From Candidatus Woesearchaeota archaeon (GTDB lineage: Archaea; Nanobdellota; Nanobdellia; Woesearchaeales; ARS49), in the NCBI GenBank assembly GCA_038891615.1, contig JAWADY010000002.1:64994-128993 (forward strand): DNA of 64,000 nt. The letters run 5' to 3'. The notes beneath the pieces were generated by a model that was not told the DNA's origin, did no database searches, and saw only the letters and a program-made list of their open reading frames with translations. Below, piece after piece: positions 16,089 through 25,299 of this stretch (the stretch's first letter is position 1; each line of letters opens with the position of its first letter). Made by a program: the position numbers and the translations under genes.

Positions 16089-16949
16089 ATGAGCAAAAGG
16101 AAAGGCCAGGAAGAAGTTGGAAGGATGCTTTGGGAACTTGTTGCGCTGATACTGGCAGTAACTGTTATCATTGGAGGGATATTGTTTTTTGGAAGGGCAT
16201 TTGGATTTATTGGTGAGAGCAAAGAGGAACAGGACACAATCTCAAGCTTTTACAGCCTTGCAACAAAACTAAACGAACTGGCGCTGCTTTCAGAGTCATT
16301 CGTTCATGACAGGCTACCACTTTTTATTGGGGAAGGATTTGTAATTGTTGGCTTTGACAAAGCTGGAGATATTTCTGTCAATGGTTGCAGCGATGAAACA
16401 CATCTTGGAGTTCCAGCTACTGACCTCATCCCAAAGCCAGAGTTCTGTGGCGAGTTTGCTTGCATATGCCTCTATTCTGGCATTAGCGAAGAAGTCGGCG
16501 AGAAGCAGCCAATTTCTTGTGCCAAAATTTTCGCTGACAGATTGATTGGCTTGAGTAGTGCGTATCTTGAAAAAAACTATCCCTCTTTTGAGTCTTTTTG
16601 GAAAAACGCAATGGGCTCTCGTAGGGATAAGCCAGAACTACAAAGGTTCATGGTAACAGGGACAGAGCCTTTTAGCACTCTTCTCGAAAAAGACTATCCT
16701 CTTTTCCCAAGCTTTGAAAGCTACCCCTATACCTATTTTGTTCTTCATGGTGAGTGTGAAAACTGGTGGTTTGATGCCAACTTTGGCACACAAAGCCTCT
16801 ATCTTGAAAAAGTGAGGATAAAAGACAGGAACTATTTATTTATCACCGCAGACATCGAGGACTTTGTAAACAAAAGGGTTGCTGCAATAAAGGATTGGCT
16901 AGAGAAGCAAAAGAGTCAAGAGAAAGCCGAGGGAGGGCTGGTTGGTTGA
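16089..16949 (+). CDS. prepilin-like protein, 286 aa
   Basis: N-terminus is MSKRKGQ/EEVGRMLWELVALILAVTVIIGGILFF. Confidence 0.65.
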   Translation: MSKRKGQEEVGRMLWELVALILAVTVIIGGILFFGRAFGFIGESKEEQDTISSFYSLATKLNELALLSESFVHDRLPLFIGEGFVIVGFDKAGDISVNGCSDETHLGVPATDLIPKPEFCGEFACICLYSGISEEVGEKQPISCAKIFADRLIGLSSAYLEKNYPSFESFWKNAMGSRRDKPELQRFMVTGTEPFSTLLEKDYPLFPSFESYPYTYFVLHGECENWWFDANFGTQSLYLEKVRIKDRNYLFITADIEDFVNKRVAAIKDWLEKQKSQEKAEGGLVG

Positions 16950-17784
16950 AATGGTTGTGATTGGCAAGCGAGCCGTTGTTCATCCAGTTGCTCTGACAAT
17001 TGCAGAGCTTATTTTAGCCGCAATTATTGTCCTTGCAATGTACAATTTTGCCTCAAGGGCAAGAGAGCCTGGAAGGCTTGAAAAAGAGTTTGTTGCAAAA
17101 GACCTTGGCTTGCTGCTTGACGCCGTTTCCGTTGGCCAAGGGAGTTACTATTTGGTTTACACATCACCAGCCCTTCATCAAGATTTCAAGATTTCTGCAG
17201 GCGCCCACGAGGTTGTTGTTGATGGCTCAAGGCAGCCCTACGCATCTGGGCGTATAGAAATAAAAGGAGATTCCTTTGGAACAGATAAACTTGTGATCTG
17301 GTCTGAAACTGGAATTCTTGGCACGCCTTCAGCAGTCAAAGGTCACCTGCTACAGCTTCCTTGCGAAAGCCCACTGTCTTTTTCAACTGATAGGCAGCTT
17401 GCGGTAGCTGCTGATGATGGTGCCAAACAACTTGTTGAAAGACTTTTTGTCAAGGACTTAGGGAAAAGGCTGTTGTCAAATGATGAGAAAGGCGCAAGTG
17501 CGCTATTAAAAATTTTCACAGGAACAAAAAATGGGACAGCGAAGGCATATTTTTGGAAGGATGATAAGTCAGCAAGGTCGCTTGCATGCGCCCTTTTGAA
17601 CAGCATTGTCGCTTTTGAAGGAACCAATTCAGCCCTTCTTCTTCCGCTTAATCCTGAGCTTGCACCAAAGCGTTTTGCAGAGCTTGAGAAACAAAAGCCA
17701 GCTGTCTTCCTCGAGCTAGGCCCAGACCTTATTTCAAGCCCTGAACTTGCTCAGGCACTTTATGGTGGTGTTCGAAGTGGCTGA
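16942..17784 (+). CDS. prepilin-like protein, ~277-280 aa
   Basis: N-terminus is (MVE)MVVIGKRA/VVHPVALTIAELILAAIIVLAM. The track start is TTG at 16942; the ATG at 16951 lies 1 nt after the upstream TGA. Confidence 0.6.
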   Translation: MVEMVVIGKRAVVHPVALTIAELILAAIIVLAMYNFASRAREPGRLEKEFVAKDLGLLLDAVSVGQGSYYLVYTSPALHQDFKISAGAHEVVVDGSRQPYASGRIEIKGDSFGTDKLVIWSETGILGTPSAVKGHLLQLPCESPLSFSTDRQLAVAADDGAKQLVERLFVKDLGKRLLSNDEKGASALLKIFTGTKNGTAKAYFWKDDKSARSLACALLNSIVAFEGTNSALLLPLNPELAPKRFAELEKQKPAVFLELGPDLISSPELAQALYGGVRSG

Positions 17785-18325
17785 AAGGCAACAAGCAAAC
17801 ATTTTTAGCAAAAAGGCTCAACTCCTTAGCCATCACACAAAATTTCTTTTCATAAGCCTTCCATTTGTTATTATCTCCGCTCTTGCGTTGTTTCTTCTCG
17901 CAAACAGGTTTCTTGAAATAAGAGTAAATACCTTTCCCCTCGAGGCAAACGCATTTGTTGAAAGCATACTCTACTCATCTGCTGGGCTGGCTTATGTTGA
18001 CAATGTAACCGGGATTACCTATTCTGGAATCATAGACATCACAAAACTTGAAGAAAAGGACATTGGAAAAAGGTTGTCTAAGGCTTTTAACTATGGTGAA
18101 GGGCAAAGTTACCTTGCAGCAAAGCTTCTGATTGGTGATAGGACAATTTTCTATAACAACGAACCAGAAGCACCTTGGTATGACCGCTGGAAACCAAAGG
18201 TTGGGCTCAAGGGTGCTGGCGGAGTGCAATCGGTTACTTTTGTTAAATATGTGCTCATCAAAAATGGAAGTATGTTAGAACCTGCAACCGTTTACATAGA
18301 GTTGCTCAAGCCTGGTGAGGGCTAA
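17747..18325 (+). CDS. prepilin-like protein, ~180-192 aa (start uncertain)
   Basis: N-terminus is ...IFSKKAQ/LLSHHTKFLFISLPFVIISALALFLLA. Candidate starts are 17747, ATG 17762 and GTG 17777, and all overlap the upstream gene end (17784). Confidence 0.55.
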   Translation: MLRHFMVVFEVAERQQANIFSKKAQLLSHHTKFLFISLPFVIISALALFLLANRFLEIRVNTFPLEANAFVESILYSSAGLAYVDNVTGITYSGIIDITKLEEKDIGKRLSKAFNYGEGQSYLAAKLLIGDRTIFYNNEPEAPWYDRWKPKVGLKGAGGVQSVTFVKYVLIKNGSMLEPATVYIELLKPGEG

Positions 18326-18900
18326 TGGTAATAAATGGAAGAAAAGGCGTTGTTGGGGAGCTATTAGTTGCATTTCTCTCTTTTGCAGGCCTTGCTCTTA
18401 CAATCCTACTCTTCACTTTCATATTCTCTCCAGCAGACTTTCCTGGTCCTCAAACTTTGACCGTGCTTAATGAAGGAGAAACAGATGGCAAACTTAGACT
18501 GCTGACCATTCTTCGCTCACCAGTTGTTTTTGATGGGGAGAAAATAGATTTTGCAGACATGATTGCACTTTGGCAAGGAAAGCAAGAGCCGCTCGAAAGC
18601 ATTCTTCACTCAGAGCTTGAAAAGCTGCTTAATAACAAGCTAAGTTATGAGTTCGAGCATGCTGGTGTCAAATTTGTGCGCACTTATGCTTTTGCCATTT
18701 ATAGCATAAAAGACGATTTAAGTCGTGGCAAAGAACTAATGAAAGTAGAGGCAAGCGGCTATTCAGGAGGTAAAGAAATAGCCTCAACTCATGTTGCATT
18801 AAAGGATGGCAATGTGCTTGAGGTTGTGCTATTTTCAAGCGCGCAAAAAAAGCCATCCAAAACTCCTGTTTCGAGCGCTTCATCCATACCTATAAAATAA
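18325..18900 (+). CDS. prepilin-like protein, 191 aa
   Basis: N-terminus is MVINGRKG/VVGELLVAFLSFAGLALTILLFTFIF. There is a TAATG start/stop overlap at 18323-18327. Confidence 0.65.
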   Translation: MVINGRKGVVGELLVAFLSFAGLALTILLFTFIFSPADFPGPQTLTVLNEGETDGKLRLLTILRSPVVFDGEKIDFADMIALWQGKQEPLESILHSELEKLLNNKLSYEFEHAGVKFVRTYAFAIYSIKDDLSRGKELMKVEASGYSGGKEIASTHVALKDGNVLEVVLFSSAQKKPSKTPVSSASSIPIK

Positions 18901-18901
18901 A

Positions 18902-19870
18902 ATGGTCAAATCAAACAAACGCGCAACAATCTTTTTTGAACCACTAATACTTTTGGGGTTAATCGTTGCTCTTAGCATCGCAGCTATTTCTGTTAGCCAA
19001 AAAAGGTCCTCTTTTGGAACAATTGGCAGACCAGCTGCTGACCTTCTTAATTACAATGACTTTGGTGAAGAACTTCTTTTTAAGGTTGAACAAGCAGCGA
19101 GGTTTGCAGTTCGCGATGCGCTTTATGAGTTGGGTGCAAATGGTTGGAGTGCTGAAGGTCCAAACTTAGGTTGTGATAGCCAGCCAATTGGCAAGCCTTT
19201 GCTTATCGAGAGCTTTCCTACACCACAGGAGATTGTTGAAGAACTAACAAAAATTTCTGATAGGAAGCTTAGGGCTTATTCGCTCAGGGCTTCGCAGCTC
19301 CTTGGTCTTGGGAGGTTGGGCTTCCACTTGCCAACAGGTATTGAATATGAGTGGTTTGTTGAGCACTCTGGTGGGCTGTTGAGAGTGAGTGGCATTGCTG
19401 ACAAGCCAGTTACCTTCTCATTTAGCTCATACGAGGTAGGTAAACCAACACTCTACGGCCAGCCGCTGCCACTGCCAACTGCTTCAGTTGTTTTTATTCC
19501 TCTTGAACGTCCAAAACAGCCAGAAGCCCTGCTCTTGCTTTATGGCAATTATTCGATAAGGCCGTCCTTCACAGTCTGGATAGATTACGACCTTTTCGGC
19601 GTCTATGAAAGAATAAAAGAAGGCGTTGAGCAACTCAAAACAATCATTCAGGAAAACAGGGCTCTTGGTTTTGAGGTGACAGACCTGGCGCTCAAAAACA
19701 AAGTCAAGGAGCTGAATTCTGCGCAGGGAGAGCTTGTTTGGCAAGTCCCTAAGAGGACAAGTGAAGATCCGGCTATCTACTCTTTTGTTATTTCTCATAA
19801 GAAGCAGCTTTTAGGATGCAGTCAGCCTATTCAAATAAGGTTTGCGATGAGAATTCCATTAGCTGCTTGA
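18902..19870 (+). CDS. prepilin-like protein, 322 aa; last gene of the operon
   Basis: N-terminus is MVKSNKRA/TIFFEPLILLGLIVALSIAAISV. The start lies 1 nt after the upstream stop. Confidence 0.65.
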   Translation: MVKSNKRATIFFEPLILLGLIVALSIAAISVSQKRSSFGTIGRPAADLLNYNDFGEELLFKVEQAARFAVRDALYELGANGWSAEGPNLGCDSQPIGKPLLIESFPTPQEIVEELTKISDRKLRAYSLRASQLLGLGRLGFHLPTGIEYEWFVEHSGGLLRVSGIADKPVTFSFSSYEVGKPTLYGQPLPLPTASVVFIPLERPKQPEALLLLYGNYSIRPSFTVWIDYDLFGVYERIKEGVEQLKTIIQENRALGFEVTDLALKNKVKELNSAQGELVWQVPKRTSEDPAIYSFVISHKKQLLGCSQPIQIRFAMRIPLAA

Positions 19871-19947
19871 GGAAGAAGACTATTTGTCATTATTCTGAAT
19901 CACACAAATATTTATAAATTGCTTTCTGCTCGAGCAACTCATAAGGG

Positions 19948-21036
19948 GTGGTTGAACTGATAAGAATTCCTTATGCTGATATTGTTGAAAAGATAAAGTC
20001 AAAGACAGGCATGTCTGAAGAGGAGATAAGACACCTCGTTGAAGAGAAGCAAAGACAGCTTTCTGGCTTGATTTCAAAGGACGGAGCTGCGCACATCGTT
20101 GCAAACGAACTCGGGGTTAAGCTTTTTGAACATGGTAGCAGGTTGAAAATCAAAGAGCTATATCCAGAAATGCGAGCAATCGAGACTGTTGGCAAGGTTC
20201 TACAGGTTTTCCTGCCAAAGCAGTTTGTACGTGCGGATAACACTTTTGGAAACGTTGGAAGCTTTACGTTGGGCGATGAGACAGGCCACATAAGGGTTGT
20301 TTGTTGGGGAAAGAATGCTGAAGCAATGGCAGGGCTGAAGGTTGGGGATGTTGTTAGAATAATTTCTGGATATGTTCGCGAAAACAGAGGCCTAAGAGAG
20401 GTTCATCTTAATGACAATAGCTCACTCATTATTAATCCAGAAGGCATTGACATAACCGAGGTAAAACAACCCGCAGCCGCAATAAAAAAAGCAATTAAGG
20501 AACTTTCTGATGGGGATGAGAATATTGAAATAACAGGTACAGTTATACAGGTTTTTGATTTGAAGTTCTTTGAGTCGTGCCCTGATTGTGGTAAGAGGCT
20601 TAAGCAAGAAGGCTCTGAATGGTTTTGTAGGCTTCACAAGCGCGTGGAACCGACTTACTCTCCTGTTTTAAACTTGATCCTTGATGATGGAACAGATTCG
20701 ATACGCGTTGTTCTCTTCAGAAATCAGGTTGAAAGGCTTCTTGACAAAAGCACGCAAGATGTCCTCGCCTATAAGGGCTCTCCTGAAAGCTTTTCAGACT
20801 TCAAAACAGCTCTGCTTGGAGAAGTACTACGGCTCATCGGTCGGGTAAAACGCAATGAATTTTTTGACAGGCTTGAGTTCACTGCACAACGCGTTTTCAA
20901 AATTCAACCTGGTCAGGAAGAAGTAAAAGCCGAAGTGCAACCTGCTGAGACTGAAAGAACAGAGTTTAAGCCTGAAGAGCTTGAATTTACTAGTGCTGAG
21001 CACTGGTCACTGGACAACTCTGCGCAGAATATATAA
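19948..21036 (+). CDS. rpa: replication protein A (RPA)-like ssDNA-binding protein with OB folds and a Zn ribbon
   Basis: The N-terminal helical domain (GMSEEEIRHLVEEKQRQLSGLISKDGAAHIVANELGV) is followed by OB-fold-like segments. The Zn ribbon is CPDCGKRLKQEGSEWFCRLH. The start codon is GTG. Confidence 0.8.
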   Translation: MVELIRIPYADIVEKIKSKTGMSEEEIRHLVEEKQRQLSGLISKDGAAHIVANELGVKLFEHGSRLKIKELYPEMRAIETVGKVLQVFLPKQFVRADNTFGNVGSFTLGDETGHIRVVCWGKNAEAMAGLKVGDVVRIISGYVRENRGLREVHLNDNSSLIINPEGIDITEVKQPAAAIKKAIKELSDGDENIEITGTVIQVFDLKFFESCPDCGKRLKQEGSEWFCRLHKRVEPTYSPVLNLILDDGTDSIRVVLFRNQVERLLDKSTQDVLAYKGSPESFSDFKTALLGEVLRLIGRVKRNEFFDRLEFTAQRVFKIQPGQEEVKAEVQPAETERTEFKPEELEFTSAEHWSLDNSAQNI

Positions 21037-21268
21037 GTTAAGCGATAAGTATTAAAGAATATGAAACAAACACTTGAAAGGTCAGCCCTGCTTTCGAGCA
21101 AGCTTTCGAATGACTCTCACTTAATGCTAAAAGATGTAAAAATGGTTAAAACAGAAGCAGAAAGGATGAAAAAAGCACGCCAATTTAGAAAGTTTTTCAA
21201 CTTTTCGTACAAAAGGCAAATAAAAACCACCTCTTGTAAAAGCAAAAAAGATTTGGAGGCGGTGAAAA

Positions 21269-21517
21269 ATGGAAAAGAAAATGCCTGAAAAGAAATTCAG
21301 GGCAGGCGCGGTTAGCGCAACGATATGGCTAAATGAAGGGTTAAGGGATGGGCAAATAGTCAACTACCCCACCGTGTGCTTTGAAAAGGTATACAAGGAC
21401 AAGTCTGGGCAGTGGAAATCGACAAATTCTTTAAACATGAGTGATATCCCCAAAGCAATAGTTGTGCTCTCAAAAGCTTTTGAGTTCCTTGCGCTCAAGT
21501 CAAAAGAAACTTCCTAA
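21269..21517 (+). CDS. small conserved hypothetical protein (82 aa), possible nucleic-acid-binding protein
   Basis: The SD site GGAGGCGGTGA precedes the ATG. Sequence is KFRAGAVSATIWLNEG...VCFEKVYKDKSGQWKSTNSLNMSDIPKAIVVLSKAFEFL. It lies between the RPA and RadA genes. Its function is a guess. Confidence 0.5.
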   Translation: MEKKMPEKKFRAGAVSATIWLNEGLRDGQIVNYPTVCFEKVYKDKSGQWKSTNSLNMSDIPKAIVVLSKAFEFLALKSKETS

Positions 21518-21538
21518 AAGCGATAAGGTGACCTCATA

Positions 21539-22525
21539 ATGCCTGGAAAGGAAGAAAGTGGAAAAAGAAAGATAACCTCTGTAGCGGACCTTCCAGGCAT
21601 AGGACCAGCAACGCTTGAAAAGCTTGAGGCTGCAGGCTTTAACGACTTGATGTCGGTTGCAGTTGCAACACCTGGCGAGCTTGTTGGAGCTGCAGAGATT
21701 TCAGAAGCAACTGCAAAGAAAATAATCTCAATTGCGCGAGCTAATCTTGAAATGGATTTTGCTTCAGGCGATGAACTTCTAAAGAGACGAGAAAATGTCA
21801 TGAGAATAACAACTGGCAGTAGCGCGCTTGACAAGCTTTTGGGCGGCGGGGTGGAGACTGCAGCCCTGACAGAAGCTTATGGGATGTATGGAAGCGGAAA
21901 AAGCCAGCTAGGCTTTGCGCTCGCAGTTAGATGTCAACTTCCGGTTGAAAAAGGTGGGCTTGGAGGATGTGCTGTTTTTATCGACACAGAAGGGACTTTC
22001 AGGCCAGAAAGGATATCTCAAATAGCCACCGCTCTTGGAATGTCTCCACAAGAAGTTCTAAAGAACATCAAAGTTGCACGAGCAATAAACGCAGACCATC
22101 AAATGCTTCTTGCTGAAAAAATTGAAGACTTGATAAAGAATCAAGGTTTGCCTGTCAAACTTGTTGTAATAGACAGTCTGACTGCTCATTTTAGGGCAGA
22201 ATTCGTTGGGCGAGGCACCCTTGCAGACAGGCAGCAGAAAATAAATAGGCACATGCACAGACTGCTGAGGCTCGCAGAACAGTACAATCTTGCGGTCTAT
22301 GTAACAAACCAGGTCATGTCAAAGCCTGATGTGTTCTTTGGAGACCCAACCGAAGCCATCGGTGGTAACATAGTTTTCCACAACAGCACCTACAGGCTCT
22401 ATCTAAGGAAAGGAAGAAAAGGCACACGTGTTGCAAAGATGGTTGATGCCCCAAACATTCCAGAATCAGAAGCCGTTTTCGTCATTGATGAGAGCGGTGT
22501 CCGTGACGCAAAAGGGCTTGATTGA
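21539..22525 (+). CDS. radA: DNA repair and recombination protein RadA
   Basis: An N-terminal HhH domain (LPGIGPATLEKLEAAGF) is present, with Walker A GMYGSGKSQ and Walker B KLVVIDSL. The RecA/Rad51 core length is typical (328 aa). Confidence 0.93.
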   Translation: MPGKEESGKRKITSVADLPGIGPATLEKLEAAGFNDLMSVAVATPGELVGAAEISEATAKKIISIARANLEMDFASGDELLKRRENVMRITTGSSALDKLLGGGVETAALTEAYGMYGSGKSQLGFALAVRCQLPVEKGGLGGCAVFIDTEGTFRPERISQIATALGMSPQEVLKNIKVARAINADHQMLLAEKIEDLIKNQGLPVKLVVIDSLTAHFRAEFVGRGTLADRQQKINRHMHRLLRLAEQYNLAVYVTNQVMSKPDVFFGDPTEAIGGNIVFHNSTYRLYLRKGRKGTRVAKMVDAPNIPESEAVFVIDESGVRDAKGLD

Positions 22526-22754
22526 TTTTTGCTGGATAAAAAGGCATCGCAGCAATGCGACTTTGCGGCGAATTAAGATACAAAATGTTTGAGCTGGAAT
22601 TCAGAACTATGTTGCAAACCTTGAATAGGATTGAACATTTTGTGCACGGCAACGATAGGTTTAAATACGCCTAAGTCAAAGATTTTCAATGTTGTGTGTA
22701 GCTTATTCTACATGCAGCTCAATACAAAAATCGAAGAAAGGGTGAATAGATAAA

Positions 22755-23099
22755 ATGTACGGAAATTTTGGTGGGAGAGATTTCCGACCAAGAGGGGGCA
22801 TTGCTCCCATAAAGGTTGGAGAAGAGCTTGATGTAACCATCGAAGCTGTTGGAGAGAAAGGGGATGGCATAGCCAAAAAAAATGGCTTTGTCATCTTTGT
22901 GCCAAACACAAAGCAAGGCCAAAAAGTCCGCATACGAGTGACAAAAGTCCTTGCAAAGGTCGGTTTTGCAGAGGTCGTTGAAGCAGCCAAGGAAGCCCCT
23001 GCCCCAGCAGCTGAGCCAGCTGTTGAAGAGGTTGCTGAAGAAGCTCCTAGCTCTCCAGAAGACACTGAGACCTTTGGTGAAGAAGAGACAGAGGAATAG
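22755..23099 (+). CDS. TRAM-domain protein with an acidic C-terminal tail
   Basis: The segment GEELDVTIEAVGEKGDGIAKKNGFVIFVPNTKQGQKVRIRVTKVLAKVGFAEVV matches the TRAM beta-barrel pattern. Confidence 0.8.
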   Translation: MYGNFGGRDFRPRGGIAPIKVGEELDVTIEAVGEKGDGIAKKNGFVIFVPNTKQGQKVRIRVTKVLAKVGFAEVVEAAKEAPAPAAEPAVEEVAEEAPSSPEDTETFGEEETEE

Positions 23100-23104
23100 T
23101 TACG

Positions 23105-23117
23105 TTTTGTTTTTTTT
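23105..23117 (+). terminator. oligo-T tract (archaeal terminator-like)
   Basis: TTTTGTTTTTTTT occurs immediately after the TAG of the TRAM gene. Confidence 0.35.
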
Positions 23118-23156
23118 CGCAAATTTTTTATTATTCTTTTTATGCGGTCATGACTA

Positions 23157-23705
23157 ATGAGACTTTTTGTAGCAGTTGGTTTGCCGAAGGAGGTAAGTGA
23201 GCACTTGCACGAGCTCGCAGTGGCGCTTGCTTCTGAGCCTTCTGCTAAGGTTGCCCTTGCCGCTGGAAGCCATCTAACATTAAAATTTCTTGGAGAGCAA
23301 CCAGAAGAGAAGCTAGAAGAAATAAAGAGCCTGCTTTCTGAAATTAGTTTTGAGCCATTCGAGGGAGCGCTCAATGGTATTGGATGGTTTCCTGGAGGAA
23401 AAAGGATGCGTGTTATCTGGATTGGGATAAAACCAGAAGAAGCATTTTCTAAACTTCAACAAAAGGTGGAAAGCTCGCTTAAAAGCTTTGGCAAGGCAGA
23501 AGAAAGAGCCTTTTCTCCTCACATCACTTTGGCAAGAGTGAAGGCTATTTTTGACAAGGCTGCCTTTGCAAAAGCTGTTACAGAGCTCGGCAAGAGAGTG
23601 AAACAGCTTCGCTTTGTAGTTACCAGCTTTAGCCTTATGAAATCGACTCTAACCAAAAAAGGGGCTGTTTACGAGGAGTTGGCTAAATTTGTTGCAAAGG
23701 CTTGA
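23157..23705 (+). CDS. thpR: RNA 2',3'-cyclic phosphodiesterase / 2'-5' RNA ligase (2H phosphoesterase, LigT/ThpR family)
   Basis: Two H-x-T-x motifs are present: HLTLKFLG and HITLARV. Confidence 0.88.
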   Translation: MRLFVAVGLPKEVSEHLHELAVALASEPSAKVALAAGSHLTLKFLGEQPEEKLEEIKSLLSEISFEPFEGALNGIGWFPGGKRMRVIWIGIKPEEAFSKLQQKVESSLKSFGKAEERAFSPHITLARVKAIFDKAAFAKAVTELGKRVKQLRFVVTSFSLMKSTLTKKGAVYEELAKFVAKA

Positions 23706-23814
23706 CAGAAATCTTTATAAAGGCTATTCAGTCGAATCTTGACAAAATAACCAACGCACAAAGCCTGCTTGGCTTTGCGCATCGGCTGTTGAGGTAGCCA
23801 AATTTGTTTATAAC

Positions 23815-24417
23815 ATGGCAGTCGAATCACAGTTTTTGGTCCCTCAAGAACTCTATCTTAAGTCCGGCATACACATAGGGACAAAGTTTAAGACTAGGTA
23901 TATGGCCCCCTTTATTTACAAGACAAGGCCTGACGGGCTTGCCGTGCTCAACCTGCAAAAAATAGACCAACGAATAGGTATTGCAGCAAACCTTCTCGCA
24001 CAATTTGCTCCAGAAGACATCGTTGTTGTTAGCAGGAGAGAGAATAGTTGGAAGGCTGTCAAGGCTTTTGGCAAGGTTGTTGGCTGCAGGGTGTTCGCTG
24101 GAAGATATCCCCCTGGAATAATTACAAATCCTAGGCTTGAAAGCTACATGGAGGCAAAGATTTTTCTTGTTACTGATGCCTGGCCTGATAGAAATGCAAT
24201 AAATGATGCTCTTTCGCTTGGTATCCCTGTAATTGCGCTCTGCGATACCAATAACACTGCAAACAACATCGACCTAGTCATTCCATGCAACAATAAGGGG
24301 AAGAAAAGTCTAGGTTTGCTTTTTTTCATACTAGCGAGGGAATATCTCCGAAGACGAGGTCTTCTTGGCAAGGACGAGGAGCCTAAATTTACCCTCGAAG
24401 ACTTTGTTGAGGAATAA
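23815..24417 (+). CDS. rps2: 30S ribosomal protein uS2
   Basis: The sequence LYLKSGIHIGTKFKTRYMAPFIYKTRPDGLAVLNLQKID...VIALCDTNN is the archaeal S2 pattern. Confidence 0.92.
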   Translation: MAVESQFLVPQELYLKSGIHIGTKFKTRYMAPFIYKTRPDGLAVLNLQKIDQRIGIAANLLAQFAPEDIVVVSRRENSWKAVKAFGKVVGCRVFAGRYPPGIITNPRLESYMEAKIFLVTDAWPDRNAINDALSLGIPVIALCDTNNTANNIDLVIPCNNKGKKSLGLLFFILAREYLRRRGLLGKDEEPKFTLEDFVEE

Positions 24418-25162
24418 TTTTATCGACGGCAGCTTTTAGCCCTTCCGGCACAATCTCAAAAAGAAGTTCGCGTTCTCCAGCAATACTCCTGTGCTTGCGA
24501 AGGATTGCTTTTCTCAGTCCACCATGACCAATCTGAAGCTCAATAAGACACTTGCTGCCATACTTCAGAATGTCTCCTCCTACCATTGCCATCCTGCGGC
24601 CGCTGGCATGATTGCCATGCCACGCCAAAGGCTGTTCTAGCCTTTCCTCACGCTCAAATGTGCTATAAACCTGGTTTGTAAGAAGGACAGGGATTTTCTT
24701 CTTTCTCGCGATTTCAGTTAAGCCTGCAACCTGTAAGCCAAGCTCTCTATTAAAATTTCCACTACTGTTTCCTATCTTCCTTTCGAGCCTGTAGAGCATG
24801 GATATAGTATCGACAACAATCAATCCTATTTTCTGGTTTACCAGACTTTTCAGCCTTTCAATGCTTCTTTTTTGTTGTTGAAAGGTTGTTGGGTTTAGAA
24901 AAATTATTTTCTCTAAAATTGGCTTGTAGTTTTTGGCAAGCTGTTTCAGTCTTGCTACCGAGAAACCTCCTTCTGTATCAACAAATATTGTTTTTTTCCC
25001 ACGCTCTGCCGTTGCAATAGCAGCCAAAAGAGCGAGTGTTGTCTTTCCTGCCCCTGCAGGTCCATAAATTGTCGTAACAGCATCCTGCTCGTATCCACCT
25101 TCCAAAAAGGCATCAAGCAAAGAAGAGCCTGTCGGAACTCTCTGCTCGGTCAAGGTTACCAT
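24389..25162 (-). CDS. radB: RadB-like (RadA paralog / KaiC-fold) ATPase
   Basis: Motifs are VPTGSSLLDAFLEGG, Walker A GPAGAGKTT and Walker B LIVVDTIS. There is no N-terminal HhH domain. The 3' end overlaps rps2 convergently by 29 nt. Confidence 0.8.
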   Translation of the reverse strand: MVTLTEQRVPTGSSLLDAFLEGGYEQDAVTTIYGPAGAGKTTLALLAAIATAERGKKTIFVDTEGGFSVARLKQLAKNYKPILEKIIFLNPTTFQQQKRSIERLKSLVNQKIGLIVVDTISMLYRLERKIGNSSGNFNRELGLQVAGLTEIARKKKIPVLLTNQVYSTFEREERLEQPLAWHGNHASGRRMAMVGGDILKYGSKCLIELQIGHGGLRKAILRKHRSIAGERELLFEIVPEGLKAAVDKIIPQQSLRG

Positions 25163-25299
25163 TTTGGATTAATTTTTTTTCAGATTTTATAACCTTTTTG
25201 TCTGTTCTGAGCGCATTCACAAAATTGAAACGAAACCATTGCCAAAGTCAGAGAAAAGTTTTTTAAGCCCTTTTCCGCACGCAACTAAAAAAGAGCACC

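Noticed and set aside
21061-21288. 75-aa K-rich ORF in the rpa-to-small-protein spacer
   Set aside because: It has no SD site, its composition is typical of AT-rich non-coding sequence, and it overlaps the SD-led start at 21269. It is treated as intergenic. I could not identify an ncRNA fold there either.
22703-23374. 223-aa minus-strand ORF
   Set aside because: It lies antisense to two well-supported plus-strand genes (the TRAM protein and the LigT/ThpR 2H phosphoesterase). The product is S/A-rich low complexity with no start context. It is a shadow ORF.
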